A stretch of DNA of 64,000 nt from Arcobacteraceae bacterium (GTDB lineage Bacteria > Campylobacterota > Campylobacteria > Campylobacterales > Arcobacteraceae): assembly GCA_963662945.1 (NCBI GenBank), contig OY759974.1, positions 1,920,001 through 1,984,000 on the forward strand. Direction: 5' to 3'. The notes beneath the pieces are model-generated. The model made no database searches. It was given only the letters and a program-made list of their open reading frames with translations, and was not told where the DNA came from. How positions within the stretch are numbered: the first letter of the stretch is position 1; every line of letters starts with the position of its first letter. Below are positions 20,945-34,323 of this stretch, in pieces. Position numbers and translations under genes: made by a program.

Positions 20945-22462
20945 ATGAGTACAAAAATTCAAGCAGATGAAATTAGTTCTATAATCAAAGAAAGAATTGA
21001 TAATTTTGAATTAAATGTAGATGTCAACGAAACAGGAAAAATTATATCTTTTGCAGATGGTATTGCAAAGGTTTATGGATTAAAAAATGTTATGGCAGGT
21101 GAGATTGTTGAGTTTGAAAATGGTGCTAGAGGTCTTGCATCTAACTTAGAAGAGTCAGCAGTTGGTGTTGTTGTTTTAGGTAGCAGTGAAGGTTTAAGAG
21201 AAGGTACATCTTGTAAAAGAGTTGGTGAACTTCTTGAAGTACCAGTTGGTCCTAATGCTTTAGGAAGAGTTGTAAATGCACTAGGTGAACCAGTAGATGG
21301 TAAAGGTGTTATCGAATCAACAGAAAAAAGATTTGTTGAAGAAAAAGCACCAGGAATTATGGCTAGAAAATCTGTTCATGAACCATTAGAAACAGGTATT
21401 AAAGCGATTGATGCACTTGTTCCAATTGGACGTGGGCAAAGAGAGCTTATCATTGGTGATAGACAAACAGGTAAAACAACAGTTGCTATTGATGCTATTA
21501 TTAATCAAAAAGGACAAGATGTTAAATGTATCTATGTTGCTATTGGTCAAAAAGCTTCTTCTGTTGCGAACGTTGTTGGTGCTTTAGAAGCTGCTGGTGC
21601 TATGGAGTACACAACTGTTGTTACTGCAAATGCATCTGAATCTTCTGCATTACAATTCCTTGCACCATATACAGGTGTTACAATGGGTGAGTACTTTAGA
21701 GATAATGGTCAACATTGTTTAATTATCTATGATGATTTATCAAAACATGCAGTTGCATACAGAGAAATGTCATTATTATTAAGAAGACCACCAGGTCGAG
21801 AAGCATACCCAGGGGATGTTTTCTACCTACATTCAAGACTACTTGAAAGAGCTGCTAAGTTAAATGATGATAAAGGTGCTGGTTCATTAACTGCATTACC
21901 AATCATTGAAACTCAAGCTGGAGATGTTGCTGCGTATATTCCAACAAACGTAATTTCTATTACTGATGGACAAATATTCCTTGAAACAGATCTATTTAAC
22001 TCAGGTATTAGACCTGCTATTAATGTTGGTTTATCTGTATCTAGGGTTGGTGGTGCTGCACAAGTTAAAGCTACAAAACAAGTTGCTGGTACATTAAAAC
22101 TTGATCTTGCTCAATATAGAGAGTTAGAGTCTTTTGCACAATTCGCTTCTGATTTAGATGCTTCTACAAGAGCACAATTAGAAAGAGGTCAAAGAATGGT
22201 TGAGCTTCTAAAACAAGGTGTTAATAAACCACTTGTTATAGAAAAACAAGTTGCTGTTCTTTATGCTGGTGTTAACGGATTTATTGATGATATTGAACCT
22301 TCAGATGTTGTTAAATTTGAAAATGAGTTCCATGAATTTATTGAATCAAAATACTCAAGCTTATTAACAGACTTAAATGCTAAAAAGAAAATTGATGATG
22401 ATATTAAAGAAGTTCTTGAAACTGCTATAAATGAGTTTAAAACAATCTTTAAAGCAGACTAA
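20945..22462 (+). CDS. atpA: ATP synthase subunit alpha
   Basis: [32 protein letters not shown]. Confidence 0.98.
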   Translation: MSTKIQADEISSIIKERIDNFELNVDVNETGKIISFADGIAKVYGLKNVMAGEIVEFENGARGLASNLEESAVGVVVLGSSEGLREGTSCKRVGELLEVPVGPNALGRVVNALGEPVDGKGVIESTEKRFVEEKAPGIMARKSVHEPLETGIKAIDALVPIGRGQRELIIGDRQTGKTTVAIDAIINQKGQDVKCIYVAIGQKASSVANVVGALEAAGAMEYTTVVTANASESSALQFLAPYTGVTMGEYFRDNGQHCLIIYDDLSKHAVAYREMSLLLRRPPGREAYPGDVFYLHSRLLERAAKLNDDKGAGSLTALPIIETQAGDVAAYIPTNVISITDGQIFLETDLFNSGIRPAINVGLSVSRVGGAAQVKATKQVAGTLKLDLAQYRELESFAQFASDLDASTRAQLERGQRMVELLKQGVNKPLVIEKQVAVLYAGVNGFIDDIEPSDVVKFENEFHEFIESKYSSLLTDLNAKKKIDDDIKEVLETAINEFKTIFKAD

Positions 22463-22474
22463 GAAGGATAATTA

Positions 22475-23362
22475 ATGGCTAACTTAAAAGATATATCAAG
22501 ACAAATAAAAAGTGTTAAGAATACTCAGAAGACAACAAAAGCTATGAAGCTTGTTTCTTCTGCAAAGTTAAGAAGAACACAACAATTGTCAGAACAAGCA
22601 AAAAGTTATGCTTTAAAAATTAATGATATTTTATCTGAAATTGCTACAAGAATAGCAAATGTTCAAGATGAAGCAAATATTAGTCGAGCTTTTGTTCCTA
22701 ATGAAAATCCAAAAACAGTTGATATTGTTTTTGTAACTGCGGATAAAGGTCTTTGTGGTGGTTTTAATATGACTACTATAAAAGCTGTTAGAAAACTAAT
22801 AGAAGAATATTCTTCTAAAGGTACTACAGTAAGATTAAGAGCAGCGGGAAGAAAAGGTATTGATTACTTTAATTTTCAAGGTAGAGAATTAACTGATAGT
22901 ATTGTTGGTTTAACATCTGCTCCAACTTATGAAAAAGCTTCAGATTTTATTGCTGATGCGTATTCAGAGTTTAATACTGGTGCAACAGATAAAATTATAA
23001 TGGTATATAATGGTTTTTTAAATATGCTTACACAAGAGCTTAAATTAAAAACAATATTACCAGTAGAGCTTAACTCTGTTTCAGTAGAGCAACAATCATC
23101 TTCTATGTTAGATGTAGAGCCGGATGATGATGAAGAGATTTTAAATGAACTAACATCTAAGTATGTTGATTTTAATATGTATTACTCTTTAATTGATTCA
23201 TTAGCAGCAGAACATAGTGCAAGAATGCAAGCTATGGAAAATGCTACTAATAATGCAAAAGAAAGAGTTAATGATTTAACAGTTGAATATAATAAAGCTA
23301 GACAGGCTGCAATTACAACAGAATTGATTGAGATCATTTCTGGTGTAGAGTCGATGAAATAA
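22475..23362 (+). CDS. atpG: ATP synthase subunit gamma
   Basis: TADKGLCGGFN, YNKARQAAITTELIEIISG. Confidence 0.98.
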   Translation: MANLKDISRQIKSVKNTQKTTKAMKLVSSAKLRRTQQLSEQAKSYALKINDILSEIATRIANVQDEANISRAFVPNENPKTVDIVFVTADKGLCGGFNMTTIKAVRKLIEEYSSKGTTVRLRAAGRKGIDYFNFQGRELTDSIVGLTSAPTYEKASDFIADAYSEFNTGATDKIIMVYNGFLNMLTQELKLKTILPVELNSVSVEQQSSSMLDVEPDDDEEILNELTSKYVDFNMYYSLIDSLAAEHSARMQAMENATNNAKERVNDLTVEYNKARQAAITTELIEIISGVESMK

Positions 23363-23372
23363 AAGTAAATAG

Positions 23373-24782
<1,410 letters not shown>

Positions 24783-24802
24783 TTGCTTAAAAAGGTATAA
24801 AT

Positions 24803-25183
24803 ATGGATACAATTAAATTATCAATAGTTACACCAAACGGAGAGATTTTTAACAATGAAGTTAAATCTGTAACTCTCCCTGGAAAAGAGGGAGAGTTTGG
24901 AGTATTACCTGGTCATGCTTCACTTGTATCTTCTTTAACAGTTGGTGTAATTGAGATAGAAAAGAAAGATGCTTTAAAAGAAGCAGTTGCGATTAACTGG
25001 GGACATGTAAAAGTTTCTGAAGACTCAGTAGATATATTAGTTGATGGTGCAGTTGCATTATCAGAAGGAAAAGAGTCAGATATATCTGCAAAACTGGAAG
25101 AAGCTAAAATTTTAGTTAATTCAGTACAAGATTCAAATGTTTCTATGGCAGCAGTTGAGTCAAAAATTAATTCATTCGCGTAA
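24803..25183 (+). CDS. atpC: ATP synthase subunit epsilon
   Basis: IVTPNG, LPGKEGEFGVLPGHA. Confidence 0.95.
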   Translation: MDTIKLSIVTPNGEIFNNEVKSVTLPGKEGEFGVLPGHASLVSSLTVGVIEIEKKDALKEAVAINWGHVKVSEDSVDILVDGAVALSEGKESDISAKLEEAKILVNSVQDSNVSMAAVESKINSFA

Positions 25184-25191
25184 AAGATGAG

Positions 25192-25755
25192 ATGATAGAT
25201 TCAACATTGAATTATTTAGGTGGTAGTAGTGCTATATCTATTGGGGTATTAGTATTACTATCTCTTTATTTTATACTTATATTTTGGATATTTATTTATA
25301 AATATTTTAAGTTATCATCTGATATTACTACAGAGATAAACAATCTAAATTCACTCTTAGCTAGAGAATCAACAATCAATCCACTTTCAAGACTTGGACA
25401 ATGCCTAAGTAGAACAACTGTAAGTAAAGAATACTTAAATGTTTGTGAAACAACACTCATTAGAGATGCAAGTAGTGGTATATCTTGGTTATCTATTATA
25501 TCTTCAACAGCACCTTTTATTGGATTATTTGGTACGGTTGTTGGAATATTAGAATCATTTGCACGATTTTCAACTGCTAGTAAAGTAAGTTTTGCAACTA
25601 TTGCACCTGCAATTAGTGAAGCACTTGTTGCAACTGCAGCAGGTATCTTTGTAGCAATTTTTGCATATACATTTCATCAAATACTTACAAGAAAGGTTTA
25701 CGAGTTAAATACTTATTTAAAATCTCAAATAGATATTATTCTTAGTAGGAATTAA
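25192..25755 (+). CDS. tolQ: MotA/TolQ/ExbB proton channel protein
   Basis: APFIGLFGTVVGI, IAPAISEALVATAAG; tol-pal context. Confidence 0.85.
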   Translation: MIDSTLNYLGGSSAISIGVLVLLSLYFILIFWIFIYKYFKLSSDITTEINNLNSLLARESTINPLSRLGQCLSRTTVSKEYLNVCETTLIRDASSGISWLSIISSTAPFIGLFGTVVGILESFARFSTASKVSFATIAPAISEALVATAAGIFVAIFAYTFHQILTRKVYELNTYLKSQIDIILSRN

Positions 25756-25760
25756 ATAAA

Positions 25761-26153
25761 ATGTATGACTATGAAAAAAAACCTGAACTAAACATTACAC
25801 CATTGGTGGATGTAATGTTAGTTTTACTTGCAATTCTTATGGTTACAGCACCTGTTTTAGAATATGAAGAAAACATTAATTTACCAAAAGGTAGTAAATC
25901 AGTTAAACTACAGGAAAATAATAAAATAGATATTCTCATTAATAGTGATAAAGTTATAAATATTGATAAAAATAATAAATATGAATTTGATAATTTTTCT
26001 GATAATTTTGTTTTATTTTCTAAAGATAAAGATAGAAATACACCAGTGCACATAAGAGCTGATAAAAATTTGAAATATGAAGATGTTGTTTATATTTTAA
26101 AAACAGTGAAAGAAGCTGGATTTTTTAAAGTTGCATTGATTACAGATGGTTGA
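25761..26153 (+). CDS. tolR: ExbD/TolR protein
   Basis: LNITPLVDVMLVLL, IRADK. Confidence 0.85.
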   Translation: MYDYEKKPELNITPLVDVMLVLLAILMVTAPVLEYEENINLPKGSKSVKLQENNKIDILINSDKVINIDKNNKYEFDNFSDNFVLFSKDKDRNTPVHIRADKNLKYEDVVYILKTVKEAGFFKVALITDG

Positions 26154-26889
26154 TAAAAAGAATTTATATATTTCAGCTGTATTGGCTTTATTTATTTATG
26201 TTTTTTTAGTATTACTAATACTCTTATATTTAAAAGAGAGTAATGTTAAGAAAATTGATGCATTATCAAAAAATACTGTATTGCAATTAGATATAGTATT
26301 TGATACTCCAACTGATGAAAAAAAAACTATTAAAATCAAAAGTGAAAATAACAATGATTTAGCTCAAAAAGTAGTAAAAAAAACTACTTCTAATAGTTTA
26401 AAACAAAAATCTGATTTAAAATCATTATTTGCAGATGTAAAAACAAGTGCAAAACAAGTTGTAAAAGATGATATTTTAAATGTTAAAAAAAGTAGTATAG
26501 CTAGTAGATTTAAATCAAAATTTGAAAAAGAAAAAAAAGTTAAAGATGTTGTATTATCAGATTTATTAGAAAAACAAAATCAAAATAGTGTTAAAAAAGT
26601 TGTCTTAAGTGAGTCGAAAAATGAAACAGATCCTTATTTTTCAAAGATTTATCAAATGCTTTCATCACGATGGAGTCCTACAGTTTTTTCTAATAATCTT
26701 AGTGCTAGAGTGTTAGTAATTATCTCAAATAATGGGATTTTTAGTTTTAAGTTTATACAATACTCTGAAAATATTGGTTTTGATCAACAATTGAAAGATT
26801 TTTTAAATGGTGAAAGTTTAAAAAAATACCCAATAAATCCAAATAATAATACAACAAATATAGAGATATTATTTCAATCAAAAGGATAA
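26146..26889 (+). CDS. TolA/TonB C-terminal-domain protein
   Basis: N-terminal TM, Lys-rich linker, position between tolR and tolB. Confidence 0.7.
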   Translation: MVDKKNLYISAVLALFIYVFLVLLILLYLKESNVKKIDALSKNTVLQLDIVFDTPTDEKKTIKIKSENNNDLAQKVVKKTTSNSLKQKSDLKSLFADVKTSAKQVVKDDILNVKKSSIASRFKSKFEKEKKVKDVVLSDLLEKQNQNSVKKVVLSESKNETDPYFSKIYQMLSSRWSPTVFSNNLSARVLVIISNNGIFSFKFIQYSENIGFDQQLKDFLNGESLKKYPINPNNNTTNIEILFQSKG

Positions 26890-26891
26890 AT

Positions 26892-28166
26892 ATGAAATTA
26901 AAACAGATTTTAATATGGTTGATATTAACAAATTATCTATTTGCACTTGATGCAACAATGGAGATAATTAAAAATAAATCTACACTTCCAACAATAAGTT
27001 ATGCCATATCAACAGATACTAAAATAGAAGATGATTTAGATAACAAAGTACTTTCATTAATAAAAAAAGATTTATTGGTAAGCGGACATTTTAATAATAA
27101 TGACATTAATATTGATAATAATTATGAAGAGAAAGCAGATTACAAAACATTACAAACTAATGGTATTGATTTATATTTAGTTTTACAATTGAAAAAAAAT
27201 TTACAGGATAATAGTGTAGTTGTAAATACAAAACTTTATGATGTAAATGCGAATAATTTAGTATTAAGTAAGTCGTATGTGACAACAGCAGAAGTTAGAT
27301 ACCCATTTCTTTCTCATAAAATTGCCATTGATATTAATAATTATTTAAAAGCACCATCAATAGAATGGATGGATAAATTTATAATTTTTTCAAGATATTT
27401 AGATTCAAAAACAAGTGAAATAGTTGTATCTGATTATACATTAACGTATCAAAAAGTTGTTGTAAAAGGTGGATTAAATATATTCCCAAAATGGGCAAAT
27501 AAAGAACAAAGCGAATTTTATTTTACAACATATAATTATGAAAAACCTACATTAGTAAAACAAAATTTATTTACATCAAAATCTGAAAAAATTTTATCTA
27601 GTGATGGTATGATGGTATGTTCTGATGTAAGTAGTGATGGAACAAAACTTATTGTAACAATGGCACCAAATTCACAACCAGATATTTATATTTATGATAC
27701 TATCAATAAACTTAAAACGAGAATTACCGAATACAACGGTATTGATGTAGGTGGAAGTTTTGTTGAAAATGATACAAAAATAGTATTTGTATCTGATAGA
27801 CTTAAGTATCCAAATATATTTGCTAAAAAGATAGGACAAAGAGGAGTTGAACGTCTTATCTATCATGGGAGAAATAATTCTCAGTGTTCAACACATGGTG
27901 ATTATATAGTGTATGCTAGTAGAGAAACAGATAATGAGTTCGGAGATAATGTGTTTAACTTGTATCTTATGTCAACATATAGTGATTATGTGAGACGTCT
28001 AACGACAAATGGTAGAAATCAATTTCCAAAGTTTTCATCTAATGGTGAATCTATATTATTTATTAAGAATGATACTAAAAGTTATTTAGGTATTATAAGG
28101 TTGAATTACAATAAAAGCTTTTTATTTCCACTAAAAAGTGGTAAGTTACAATCGATAGATTGGTAG
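26892..28166 (+). CDS. tolB: Tol-Pal system protein TolB
   Basis: Signal peptide, beta-propeller-like repeats (FPKW, SSDG, FVSDR), ends IDW; position. Confidence 0.9.
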   Translation: MKLKQILIWLILTNYLFALDATMEIIKNKSTLPTISYAISTDTKIEDDLDNKVLSLIKKDLLVSGHFNNNDINIDNNYEEKADYKTLQTNGIDLYLVLQLKKNLQDNSVVVNTKLYDVNANNLVLSKSYVTTAEVRYPFLSHKIAIDINNYLKAPSIEWMDKFIIFSRYLDSKTSEIVVSDYTLTYQKVVVKGGLNIFPKWANKEQSEFYFTTYNYEKPTLVKQNLFTSKSEKILSSDGMMVCSDVSSDGTKLIVTMAPNSQPDIYIYDTINKLKTRITEYNGIDVGGSFVENDTKIVFVSDRLKYPNIFAKKIGQRGVERLIYHGRNNSQCSTHGDYIVYASRETDNEFGDNVFNLYLMSTYSDYVRRLTTNGRNQFPKFSSNGESILFIKNDTKSYLGIIRLNYNKSFLFPLKSGKLQSIDW

Positions 28167-28228
28167 TTATATTCGTTTAAGTATCAATAGTGTAGAATAA
28201 CAAGAACTAAAAAAAAATGGGGAAAATT

Positions 28229-28825
28229 ATGAAAAAAATTATGAAAAATACAATACTAAGTATCTGTGCGATAGGTTTATTAGCAGGTTGTACTTCTAAA
28301 GATGTTGATTATGATAACACAGCAACAAGTAATGCTCAATCAGTTGATGGAAAAGCAGGAAGTATTGGTGGTTCTGGTGAACAAGCAGTATCTGACAATG
28401 AAAAAGTAGTTACAAATACTTTAAAAGCAGTTACAAATGAAGGTGTTAACACTGTAGAGAGTGAAATCGATGGAAATACTGTTTTATTAGAATCAGTTCA
28501 TTTTGCATTTGATAAATATAATTTAACTGACGAGATGAGAGAAGTTGCTACATCAAATTATAATAAAATTAGTGCTACACAACAGGCTTACAATGGTTTA
28601 AAAATTAAACTAGAAGGGAACTGTGACGAGTGGGGAACTGATGAATATAATTATGCATTAGGTTTAAAAAGAGCTAAAACAGCAAAAGATGCTTTAGTAG
28701 CTGATGGTGTTGATGCTGAAAAAATTATCATGGTTAGTTTTGGTGAAAGTAATCCAATATGTACACAAAAAAATACAACTTGTTGGAAAATGAATAGAAG
28801 AGTAGATTACAGATTACTTCCATAA
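28229..28825 (+). CDS. pal: Peptidoglycan-associated lipoprotein
   Basis: Lipobox LAGC; VHFAFD, EGNCDEWGTDEYNYALGLKRA, NRRV; exact start uncertain (28217/28229/28241). Confidence 0.92.
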   Translation: MKKIMKNTILSICAIGLLAGCTSKDVDYDNTATSNAQSVDGKAGSIGGSGEQAVSDNEKVVTNTLKAVTNEGVNTVESEIDGNTVLLESVHFAFDKYNLTDEMREVATSNYNKISATQQAYNGLKIKLEGNCDEWGTDEYNYALGLKRAKTAKDALVADGVDAEKIIMVSFGESNPICTQKNTTCWKMNRRVDYRLLP

Positions 28826-28839
28826 TTTAAGAGTGTTTA

Positions 28840-29766
28840 TTGATTAAAGTATATATTTACCTATTTTTATTATTCAGTCATAGTGTTTATGCTGAGCAGT
28901 CTGTATTTGGTGCGGGTGATTTAAATTCTCCAACACCATATGGGTTGACACCTGCCGAAGAGGTGATAGTAAAAAATAAAAAAACAACTACAATCAATGA
29001 AAAAAAGATAAAAAAAGTTGATTCAAAAATTACTCAAATTTATGATAAAGTTGATGGTTTAGAGTCTTTATTTGAAGGTGAAAGTAGAAAGTTAAATGAA
29101 CTTTCTATGGATTTTAAAAAACAAACTACTCAATTTGAACTCTTACAAAAAACGTCAAATACTCACAATGAACAAATTGAACTTTTACAAGAAGATATTA
29201 TTTCTTTAAAAAAACAATTAGAATTAAATACAAAAAATATAGAATTATTAAAAGAATCATTTGATAAAATTGTTACATTAGCAAATAAAATTAATAAAGA
29301 ATATGTAACAAAAGATGAGTTTAATAAACTATTATCAATGTTAGATAAAAAAACAACAAGTACTAAATCAAAAAGTACAAGTAATGAAAATGTTCCAAAC
29401 AAGCCAAGTAGAGAACTTATGGAAGAGGTAAGAGAACTCTTTAAAAAAGATTACTTTACAAAAGCTATCCCTATTTTAGAACATTTAATTAGTATTAAAC
29501 ATAGACCAGCTGAATGTAATTATTATATGGGTGAAATTAACTATTATAGAGAAAATTACAAAGATGCATTACACTATTTTAAAACGAGTATGATGTTGTA
29601 TGATAAAGCAAAGTATCTTCCAAAATTATTACTTCATAGTGCGATTTCATTTGAAAAAATAGGTGATATGGGAAATGCTAAAAATTTTTACAATACAATT
29701 GTAGATGTTTATCCAGATACAGATGAAGCAAAAGAAGCTTCTAAAAAAATAAAGTCGATTAAATAA
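28840..29766 (+). CDS. CpoB/YbgF-like coiled-coil plus TPR protein
   Basis: Signal peptide, coiled coil, C-terminal TPRs ending YPDTDEA; follows pal. Confidence 0.75.
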   Translation: MIKVYIYLFLLFSHSVYAEQSVFGAGDLNSPTPYGLTPAEEVIVKNKKTTTINEKKIKKVDSKITQIYDKVDGLESLFEGESRKLNELSMDFKKQTTQFELLQKTSNTHNEQIELLQEDIISLKKQLELNTKNIELLKESFDKIVTLANKINKEYVTKDEFNKLLSMLDKKTTSTKSKSTSNENVPNKPSRELMEEVRELFKKDYFTKAIPILEHLISIKHRPAECNYYMGEINYYRENYKDALHYFKTSMMLYDKAKYLPKLLLHSAISFEKIGDMGNAKNFYNTIVDVYPDTDEAKEASKKIKSIK

Positions 29767-29782
29767 AAACAAAGGAAATAAT

Positions 29783-30397
29783 ATGTCAAAAGTAATAGCA
29801 ATAGAATATACTCTTAATGATGCAAATTCAAAAGAGCAATTAGATACAAATGTTGGTGGTAATCCATTAGAATTTATTAGTGGTATGGGTCAAATCATCC
29901 CAGGATTAGAAAAAGAGATTGAAAATTTATCAGCTGGTGAAAAGGTTGACGTAATGGTTCAACCAGCAGAAGCGTATGGTGAATATAATGATGAAGCTGT
30001 ACAAACTCTACCAAAAGAACAATTCGCAGGAATTGATTTAGTTGAAGGTATGACTTTATATGGTACTGGTGAAGATCAACAAACAGTTCAAGTAACAGTA
30101 AAAACAATAGCTGATAATGAAGTAACAATTGATTATAATCACCCAATGGCTGGTAGAACATTAATGTTTAGTGTTGCTATTTTAGATGTTAGAGATGCAA
30201 CTGCTGAAGAGATTCAAACAGGTATTGTAGGTGGTTTAGCTGCAGCAGGTGGATGTTGTGGTGGAGGATCTTGTGGTTCTCATGACCATGGACATAGTCA
30301 CTCACACAAAGAAGTAGAATGTTGTGGTGGTGAAAAGCATGGTGAAGAGCACGAATGTTGTGGTGGTCACGATGGAGAAGGTTGTAAAAACCACTAA
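29783..30397 (+). CDS. slyD: FKBP-type PPIase SlyD with His/Cys-rich tail
   Basis: GQIIPGLE, IDYNHPMAG, tail GGCCGGGSCGSHDHGHSHSH. Confidence 0.95.
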   Translation: MSKVIAIEYTLNDANSKEQLDTNVGGNPLEFISGMGQIIPGLEKEIENLSAGEKVDVMVQPAEAYGEYNDEAVQTLPKEQFAGIDLVEGMTLYGTGEDQQTVQVTVKTIADNEVTIDYNHPMAGRTLMFSVAILDVRDATAEEIQTGIVGGLAAAGGCCGGGSCGSHDHGHSHSHKEVECCGGEKHGEEHECCGGHDGEGCKNH

Positions 30398-30418
30398 AAA
30401 CTATTTTTATAGTATTTT

Positions 30419-30454
30419 AAAATCCTCTTATTTTTTAATAAGAGGATTTTTTTT
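30419..30454. terminator. Bidirectional intrinsic terminator between slyD and ABC permease
   Basis: AAAATCCTCTTATT-TTTT-AATAAGAGGATTTT plus T run. Confidence 0.75.
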
Positions 30455-30464
30455 GTCTAATATT

Positions 30465-31592
30465 TTAGAGTTCAGATTCTAAACTTTTTCTAAACATAAA
30501 AAGTGCAAAGAGAAAAAATATAACACCAATTATAAATATACTTACTATACTCTTCCATACTACATTAAATCCAGCACCTTTAAATAGTATTGCTTGTGCA
30601 ATATCAACAAAGTGACTACTTGGCATAAAGTACATAATATATTGTATTGCTTCTGGCATACTTTCATAGGGGGTTATATTCCCAGAAAGCATCATTAAAG
30701 GAAGAATAGTTAATATAAATATCATTCCTAATTGAGGCATATTTTTTGCAAGAGTTCCCATAAAAATTCCTATAGAGGTAGTGGAAAATAATACTAAAAA
30801 TGTAGAAAATAAAAATAGAGGGATGGAACCTGGTAAAGGTACATGTAATATCCCTTGAACCATTATAAAAAGGGAAAAGGTAACACAGATTAATATTACA
30901 AGAGTGACTGAGAGTACTTTTGAGAACATAATTTCTGTAGCATTCAGCGGCATTACTAAAAGGTGTTCGATTGTTCCATGTTCTCTTTCTCTAATTAATG
31001 CAGCACTAGAGAGTAATATTGAAAGCATTATGATATTGTCTATAACTTCATTGATTGCCCCAAACCAACTGCTAGTGAGATTTGGATTATATTTATATCT
31101 CGTTACTATTGCAACTTTTGAAGTAGGATTTTCTTGAGTTTTTAAAAGATAGTTTTGAAGCTCTTGTGAAATGATTTGTTGAATATAACCACTACCTATA
31201 CCAGCTTGTGTCATTCTTGTTGCATCGATATTAACTTGAATATCTGGACTATTACCTGAGAGAATATCTTTCTCAAAATTAGAGGGTATAACCACAATAA
31301 AAGTATAAAATCCACTATCCATACTTGAATCAATTTGGGATAAAGATATAATTTCAGGAGTATTAAATCTTGGTTTATAAAAAGAGGAGATAATACGATT
31401 TGAGAGAGTAGTTCTATCTTCATCTACAAAAGCAATAGAGGTATTTTTAATTTCAGTTGATGTAGCTGATGAGCCTATATAAATAGCAAAACTAAATGAA
31501 TAAATGATGAAGATTAACATAACTCTATCACGCCATAAACTTCGGAGCTCTTTAATACTTAGGTTATAAATATTTAGTAAATTATTTTTCAT
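30465..31592 (-). CDS. ABC-2 permease, YhhJ-like
   Basis: KELRSLWRD, DATRMTQAG.GSGYI, REREHGTIEHLLVMP, TPYESMP. Confidence 0.88.
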   Translation of the reverse strand: MKNNLLNIYNLSIKELRSLWRDRVMLIFIIYSFSFAIYIGSSATSTEIKNTSIAFVDEDRTTLSNRIISSFYKPRFNTPEIISLSQIDSSMDSGFYTFIVVIPSNFEKDILSGNSPDIQVNIDATRMTQAGIGSGYIQQIISQELQNYLLKTQENPTSKVAIVTRYKYNPNLTSSWFGAINEVIDNIIMLSILLSSAALIREREHGTIEHLLVMPLNATEIMFSKVLSVTLVILICVTFSLFIMVQGILHVPLPGSIPLFLFSTFLVLFSTTSIGIFMGTLAKNMPQLGMIFILTILPLMMLSGNITPYESMPEAIQYIMYFMPSSHFVDIAQAILFKGAGFNVVWKSIVSIFIIGVIFFLFALFMFRKSLESEL

Positions 31593-34322
31593 TTAGACTT
31601 CCTGCTTTTTAAGAGCTAATATTGACAAAATAGTAATTACAAAGATAGAGATTATTAAGATTATGAACTCTTTATAAAGATCAGAAAATTCAACTGCTTT
31701 ACTAAAAATACCACGACTGATATTTATATAATAGCTTGCAGGAAAAATATTACCAATAACAGCGCCAATTCCTTCTAATGAACTTATAGGTTCTTTTAAA
31801 CCTGAAAATTGAATAGTTGGTAGAAGTGTTAATATAGCAGTTCCAGCTATTGCAGCAATTTGTGTTTTGGCAAAAGAGGACATAAGTAGTCCAACACCAG
31901 TAGTTGCAATTACATATAAAAATGTTCCAAAAGTGAGTGTGAGTATACTTCCTTTTAAAGGAACTTTAAAAACAAAAATTGCTAATAATACCAGTCCAAA
32001 GAAACTAATCATCCCTACAATTATGTATGGAAGTTGTTTTCCTATTAAAAATTCTAATTTTGTAACAGGTGTTGCATAAAAATTTGTTATTGAACCTAAC
32101 TCTTTTTCTCTTACAACACTCAGTGCCATTAAAATAGAGGGAATAAAAATAAGTAACATAGGTATAACGGCTGGAACCATAGAGTAAATACTTTTAAAAT
32201 CTTGATTGTATCTGAACCTTGATTCTATATTTACTATACTTTTTGTATCTTTATAATTAGTAGATTCTTTTTGAAGTTGTTGTAGATAAGTATTATGTAT
32301 ACCTGCAACATATCCTTTTATTGTTTCTGCACGAAAAGGCATTGAACCATTAATCCATACAGCAATTTGGGTATTGTAACCTTTGGTTAAGTCTTGACCA
32401 AAATTTGGCGGTATAACAAAAGCTAAATTTATATTGCCACTTTTCATATTTTGATCAAGTTGTGTTTGTGAATTAAGTTCAGGTTGTTCTAGAAAATATC
32501 TTGAGCCAGATATATTTTCTATATATTCTCTACTTTGAGGAGATTTGTCATAATCTAATACAGAAAATTTTAAATCCTCTACATCCATAGAGATACCGTA
32601 TCCCATAATAAACATTAAAATAACACTTCCTAAGAGTGCAAAAGTTAGTCTAACAGGATCTCTTGTTAATTCTAAGGATTCACGATAACTGTAGCCAAAT
32701 AGTCTTAGCAAATCAAATTTTTTGTGTTTTCTTGATTGTTTTTTTACAGTTATTGTATTTTTATCTTGTGAAATAGTAGTTGAATCTTCTATTGGATTAG
32801 ATGCTTCTTCTAAATATGCTATAAAAGCATCTTCTAAATTCTCTTTTTGTTTTGACTTTATTAGTTGTTCTGGAGTATCGCTTGCTAGCACTTTTCCTTG
32901 ATGCATTAAAGAGATTCTATCACACCTTTCCCCTTCATTCATAAAATGCGTTGAAACAAATATTGTCACATTGTCATTTCTCGCAAGATCAATAAGTAAT
33001 TCCCAAAAATTATCACGAGATACAGGATCAACTCCTGAAGTTGGCTCATCTAAAATTAGCATCTCTGGTTTATGTATTACAGCAACTGCTAAAGATAGTC
33101 TTTGTCGAATACCAAGCGGTAATTCCTCTGCTAAAGTATCTTGATACTGTTTTAGATTAAATCGAATAAGTGTCTCTTCAATTCTTTGAGTTATGTTTTT
33201 TTTATCAATATGAAATAATTTTGCATGAAGTGAGATATTTTGCAGTACGGTGAGTTCAGTATAGAGTGAAAATGATTGTGTCATGTAGCCCACTTTTTTT
33301 CTCATCTCTAAAGAGTTCTCTTTTACATACTCTCCAAATAATTTTGCTTTTCCATTTGTTGGCTGTAAAAGTCCAGTAAGCATTTTCATAGTGGTAGTTT
33401 TTCCACAACCATTTGAGCCTAAAAAGCCAAATATCTCCCCTTGTTTTATCTTAAAACTAACATTATCTACAGCTGTAAAATCTCCAAATCTCATAGTTAA
33501 GTTATCTGCTTCTATAGCAAAGATATCATTTTCTTTTTCAATTTTTTTAGGAACTATAAGTTTTTCATGTCCTTTTCTTTTTTCTACTGGTAAAAGTTCA
33601 ATAAAAGCTTCATCAATATTTGTGGTATTTGTTTTTTTTAATAACTCTTGCGGTGTTCCAGATGCCAAAATTTTACCATCATCCATAGCTATAATTAAAT
33701 CGTAAGTTTGGGCTTCTTCCATATATGCAGTGGCAATTAATACACTCATATTTGACATTCGTTGGCGAATTTTTCCGATGAGTTCCCAAAATTGTCTTCT
33801 TGAAAGTGGATCAACTCCAGTAGTTGGTTCATCAAGTATTAACAGATCTGGATCATGTATCAAAGAACAACAAAGTCCTAGTTTTTGTTTCATTCCTCCA
33901 GAGAGTTTTCCTGCTGGTCTATCTTTGAAAGGTAAAAGTCCTGTACTCTTTAAAAGTTCATCTATTCTAGCTTTTCGTTCACTTTTTTCTTGTCCAAATA
34001 ATCTTGCAAAAAACTCTACATTTTCATATACCGAAAGTGACATATAAAGATTTTTTCCTAACCCTTGTGGCATATAAGCAATTTTAGGACAATTTGCATC
34101 TCTAAAGTTTGAGTTTGTAATATCTCCACCTAATACTTCTACATTACCAGTTTGAACTTTTTTTATACCTGAGATGATTGATAATAGTGTAGATTTACCA
34201 ACACCATCAGGACCTATAAAACCTATCATTTTTCCAGATGGTATTTCTAAAGTGATATTATCTAAAGCAACAACATCATTATAATGGTGTGATAGATTTT
34301 CTAACTTAGCTATAAAGTTCAT
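31593..34322 (-). CDS. rbbA: RbbA-like protein: two ABC ATPase domains fused to an ABC-2 permease
   Basis: [53 protein letters not shown]. Confidence 0.9.
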   Translation of the reverse strand: MNFIAKLENLSHHYNDVVALDNITLEIPSGKMIGFIGPDGVGKSTLLSIISGIKKVQTGNVEVLGGDITNSNFRDANCPKIAYMPQGLGKNLYMSLSVYENVEFFARLFGQEKSERKARIDELLKSTGLLPFKDRPAGKLSGGMKQKLGLCCSLIHDPDLLILDEPTTGVDPLSRRQFWELIGKIRQRMSNMSVLIATAYMEEAQTYDLIIAMDDGKILASGTPQELLKKTNTTNIDEAFIELLPVEKRKGHEKLIVPKKIEKENDIFAIEADNLTMRFGDFTAVDNVSFKIKQGEIFGFLGSNGCGKTTTMKMLTGLLQPTNGKAKLFGEYVKENSLEMRKKVGYMTQSFSLYTELTVLQNISLHAKLFHIDKKNITQRIEETLIRFNLKQYQDTLAEELPLGIRQRLSLAVAVIHKPEMLILDEPTSGVDPVSRDNFWELLIDLARNDNVTIFVSTHFMNEGERCDRISLMHQGKVLASDTPEQLIKSKQKENLEDAFIAYLEEASNPIEDSTTISQDKNTITVKKQSRKHKKFDLLRLFGYSYRESLELTRDPVRLTFALLGSVILMFIMGYGISMDVEDLKFSVLDYDKSPQSREYIENISGSRYFLEQPELNSQTQLDQNMKSGNINLAFVIPPNFGQDLTKGYNTQIAVWINGSMPFRAETIKGYVAGIHNTYLQQLQKESTNYKDTKSIVNIESRFRYNQDFKSIYSMVPAVIPMLLIFIPSILMALSVVREKELGSITNFYATPVTKLEFLIGKQLPYIIVGMISFFGLVLLAIFVFKVPLKGSILTLTFGTFLYVIATTGVGLLMSSFAKTQIAAIAGTAILTLLPTIQFSGLKEPISSLEGIGAVIGNIFPASYYINISRGIFSKAVEFSDLYKEFIILIISIFVITILSILALKKQEV

Positions 34323-34323
34323 A

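Noticed and set aside
30245-30397. Repeated GAATGTTGTGGTGGT and His/Cys runs
   Set aside because: Normal metal-binding tail of SlyD
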